Shown: one piece after another, positions 22,616 through 25,313 of the stretch
Position numbering within the stretch: position 1 is the first letter of the stretch
Layout: every line of letters starts with the position of its first letter
Assembly: GCF_006345805.1 (NCBI RefSeq)
Contig: NW_021836067.1
Location: forward strand, 1 to 25,313
Length of the DNA stretch: 25,313 bases
Source of the DNA: Octopus sinensis
Taxonomy: Eukaryota
Reading direction: 5' to 3'
The notes under the pieces: generated by a model
Database searches by the model: none
Told to the model about the DNA's origin: nothing
The model's input: only the letters and a program-made list of their open reading frames with translations
Translations under genes and position numbers: made by a program

Positions 22616-22912
22616 ATACACAAATCATTTGTGCAGGTCTTTCGACAAAAGCTTAAGACGTCTACGACGAAAGGATCCATTATTGCGTATCGAAACGCGT
22701 ATTTGGAATCAACGATTCCGTTGCGAACTGAAAATCTGTAAGGAAAGTGAAGTAACTCATTTCTAATATCGGTCACCTTGCTTAAATACAAAAAAATAGA
22801 GATATCTGAAACCATTCAATGATAGGTTGCAATTACGAGACTAGTATTGTTGCTTATACGCAGAAATCATCAGAGGTGAATAGTAACATTGAATATTTAC
22901 TAAAATAATATC

Positions 22913-23282
22913 GTGGAGACGCAATGGCCCAGTGGTTAGGGCGGCGGACTCGCGGACTTAGGATCGCGGTTTCGTTGTGAGTGTTTATTGAGCGAAAACA
23001 CCAAAAGCTCCACGAGACGCCGACAGGAGGTGGTGGTAAATCCTGTTGTTCTCTTTCACCACAACTTTCTCTCAGGCTTTCTTCCTGTTTCTGTTATACC
23101 TGTATTTCAAAGGGGCCAGCCTTGTCACACTCTGTTTCACGCTGAATCTCCCCCGAGAACTACGTTAAGGGTACACATGTCTGTGGAGTGCTCAGCCACT
23201 TGAACGTTAATTTCACGAGCAGGCTGTTCCGTTGATCGGATCAACTGGAACACTCGTCGTCGTAACCGACGGAGTGCCAGTC
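22913..23282 (+). mobile_element. Full-length group B SINE (head type 2) with 11-bp TSD and B-box deletion
   Basis: AAAATAATATC at 22902-22912 and 23283-23293. The 3' half (TGTATTTCAAAGGG...CGTCGTCGTAACCG) matches 848-1176. Confidence 0.9.
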
Positions 23283-23719
23283 AAAATAATATCTTGGTTT
23301 TCAAATAGGACTGGGTGAGGCTACTTAATAAACATTTGTGGATGGGGTCAAAGTTTGCAAAATTCTTCATAGAAAGAGTAGTAAATATACTACAGTATAT
23401 ATTGGGTGAGGGAGGCAGAGTGATGGAGGTGGATGAGGAAGAGCAAAGCAGAACTCAAGGGCGGATAATTTTGGATGCTTTAAAATGGAGAAAGAATAGG
23501 GAAAATTGGATGAAATACGGCAAAGTAACACACGAATAAAATTAAACTACGATGCAAAAAAGTAAATACGTGAAATTATGAATAAAATAATATATGTATA
23601 TATGTGTGTGTGTGTGCCTGTAATATGATTAGATATGTATGTAAAGGTGCTAAAATATATAAATATATGTATACACACGTAACACGATCCGTCTCTCTTT
23701 TTTCTACTCATCCCCCCTC

Positions 23720-23721
23720 TC

Positions 23722-23761
<40 letters not shown>

Positions 23762-23863
23762 TACATTCCATTAGTAATTTGTTTATCATTTTATCTATCT
23801 GCATAATTCTATAGCTATTTGTCTATTTAAAATTATACTATGCATTTTCAAAAATATAAGAAT

Positions 23864-23918
<55 letters not shown>

Positions 23919-23923
23919 ATGTG

Positions 23924-23980
<57 letters not shown>

Positions 23981-24224
23981 ATATATATGTATGTATTTAT
24001 ATATATATGTATGTATATAAACACACACAAACGTTTATCTATACAAACTTTAAAATTCCATTAATGTTTCCATCAATAATGTGTTGTGAGATCAGCTGTT
24101 TCCATGAATATTAATTCCTTCATTGTTATTATTATTATTATTATTATCATTATTATTATTATTATTATTAGTATTATTCTATTATTATTATTATTATTAT
24201 TATTATATTATTATTACTACAACA

Positions 24225-24255
<31 letters not shown>

Positions 24256-24440
24256 TATTATTATTTCATTATTACTACTACGACTATTATTATTATTATT
24301 AGTTATTGTTCCTGTTGTTGCTGTTATTTTTGTTGTTGCTGTTATTCACGAAGTTGATGACGAGGATGATGATGATGATGATGATGATGACGACGACGAC
24401 GAAGACGACGATGATGATGAAGATGATGGTGGTGATGATA
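23720..24440. repeat. (TA)n followed by (ATT)n/(ACT)n/(GAT)n tracts
   Basis: Directly visible; source of the 222-aa low-complexity ORF. Confidence 0.92.
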
Positions 24441-24824
24441 TTGTTATCTTCATCAGCATCATTTCTATTTATTTATTTATTTATTTTCTTTTTTTAATCC
24501 ATATTTTTCCAACTTTCTCTCTTTGCTTCTGTTCAAAACGTATCCATTATTTGCATACATATCTACTTTTGTCACATATGGCTGACAACAGGAGAAAATA
24601 CACGAAAAATATAAGAAAGGTAAGTTCTCCTGTTTTATTCTCATTTTCCTCTGCATCTCATAGCAACAAACTCCACCAACCACGTCGGTGGTTCTTAATA
24701 TATCTTAATATTATGCCTATGTTGTGCATTTGTTTGTTGAAATACCGGCGATAAAGGAGCACCGAAAAACGTAGACGCGTCCACATGTATTACACACATA
24801 ATCACACATATACACAAGCATATA

Positions 24825-24970
24825 TATAGGCGCAGCAACAAGTACATGCGCGGCTATAGGCGCAGCAACAAGCACGGGCGTGGCTATAGGCGCAGGCGCG
24901 GGTAGAAGCGCAGTGTGGATGCGTTGTAAGAAACTCGATTCCCTACCAGATGGTTCCGTGTTCAGTCACC
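24825..24970 (+). mobile_element. Diverged group A SINE head preceded by a 30-bp tandem repeat
   Basis: TATAGGCGCAG recurs at 24825, 24855 and 24885, followed by ...CCAGATGGTTCCGTGTTCAGTCACC. Confidence 0.65.
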
Positions 24971-24981
24971 CTTGTGTGTGT

Positions 24982-25018
<37 letters not shown>

Positions 25019-25128
25019 CATAGGAAGACTATGACGAAATAAATTATACATCTTAATTAAAATTCCAAGTAATACACACAGCACCACACAGAAAAAGTAT
25101 AATCGCTAGACCACACACAAATGTATGT

Positions 25129-25162
<34 letters not shown>

Positions 25163-25164
<2 letters not shown>

Positions 25165-25313
25165 CGGGAAGCTTTATGAAAATAAACAAAAGACGAAGGC
25201 AGGTGGAATACAAACAAACAATTGTATTAGTATGGCGCTCAGGAATATAATAAAACAAGCCTTTTACGTTCGTGCCTACGCTCTTCAACAGAAAGATACA
25301 CAGAAAAGAAACA
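25163..25313 (-). mobile_element. Short hammerhead-bearing repeat, copy 2 (degenerate ribozyme; runs off the window)
   Basis: Minus ATCTTT-CTGTTGA-A-GAGCGTAGGCAC-GAA-CGTA-AAAGGC aligns to 12797-12836, with a stem II mismatch and one A lost from GAAA. Confidence 0.75.

Noticed and set aside
22661-22706. CTACGACGA...GAAACGCGTA hammerhead relic
   Set aside because: It has the palindromic ACGCGT after GAAA, but the CUGA core is broken and the stems are poor.
23315-23539. 74-aa non-repetitive ORF
   Set aside because: Starts at a non-ATG codon, has no recognisable motif and no supporting splice structure.
406-25288. Dozens of 60-240 aa ORFs rich in YI, HT, MYVC, poly-N/I/L/Y/D
   Set aside because: They are translations of di-, tri- and tetranucleotide microsatellites that lack stops in some frames; there is no domain content.

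Overview
AT-rich eukaryotic, repeat-saturated DNA with no supportable host gene, rRNA, tRNA gene or CRISPR array. The microsatellite load and SINE families resemble a coleoid cephalopod (octopus-like) genome; this is recalled from memory, not searched. Most ORFs in the track are translations of simple repeats. The non-simple sequence is mostly mobile-element debris: three groups of tRNA-headed SINEs (two copies with perfect target-site duplications), a CR1-type RT fragment, two mariner/Tc1 remnants, a pogo-like MITE and Penelope-like (GIY-YIG) remnants. The most interesting signals are four minimal hammerhead ribozyme motifs (two with an intact catalytic core, one repeated family with a shared A6-to-U core change) and a ~2.1 kb strongly C-depleted tract with internal repeats that ends in one of these ribozymes. 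Alignments and counts were done by eye; element boundaries are approximate unless a TSD defines them.
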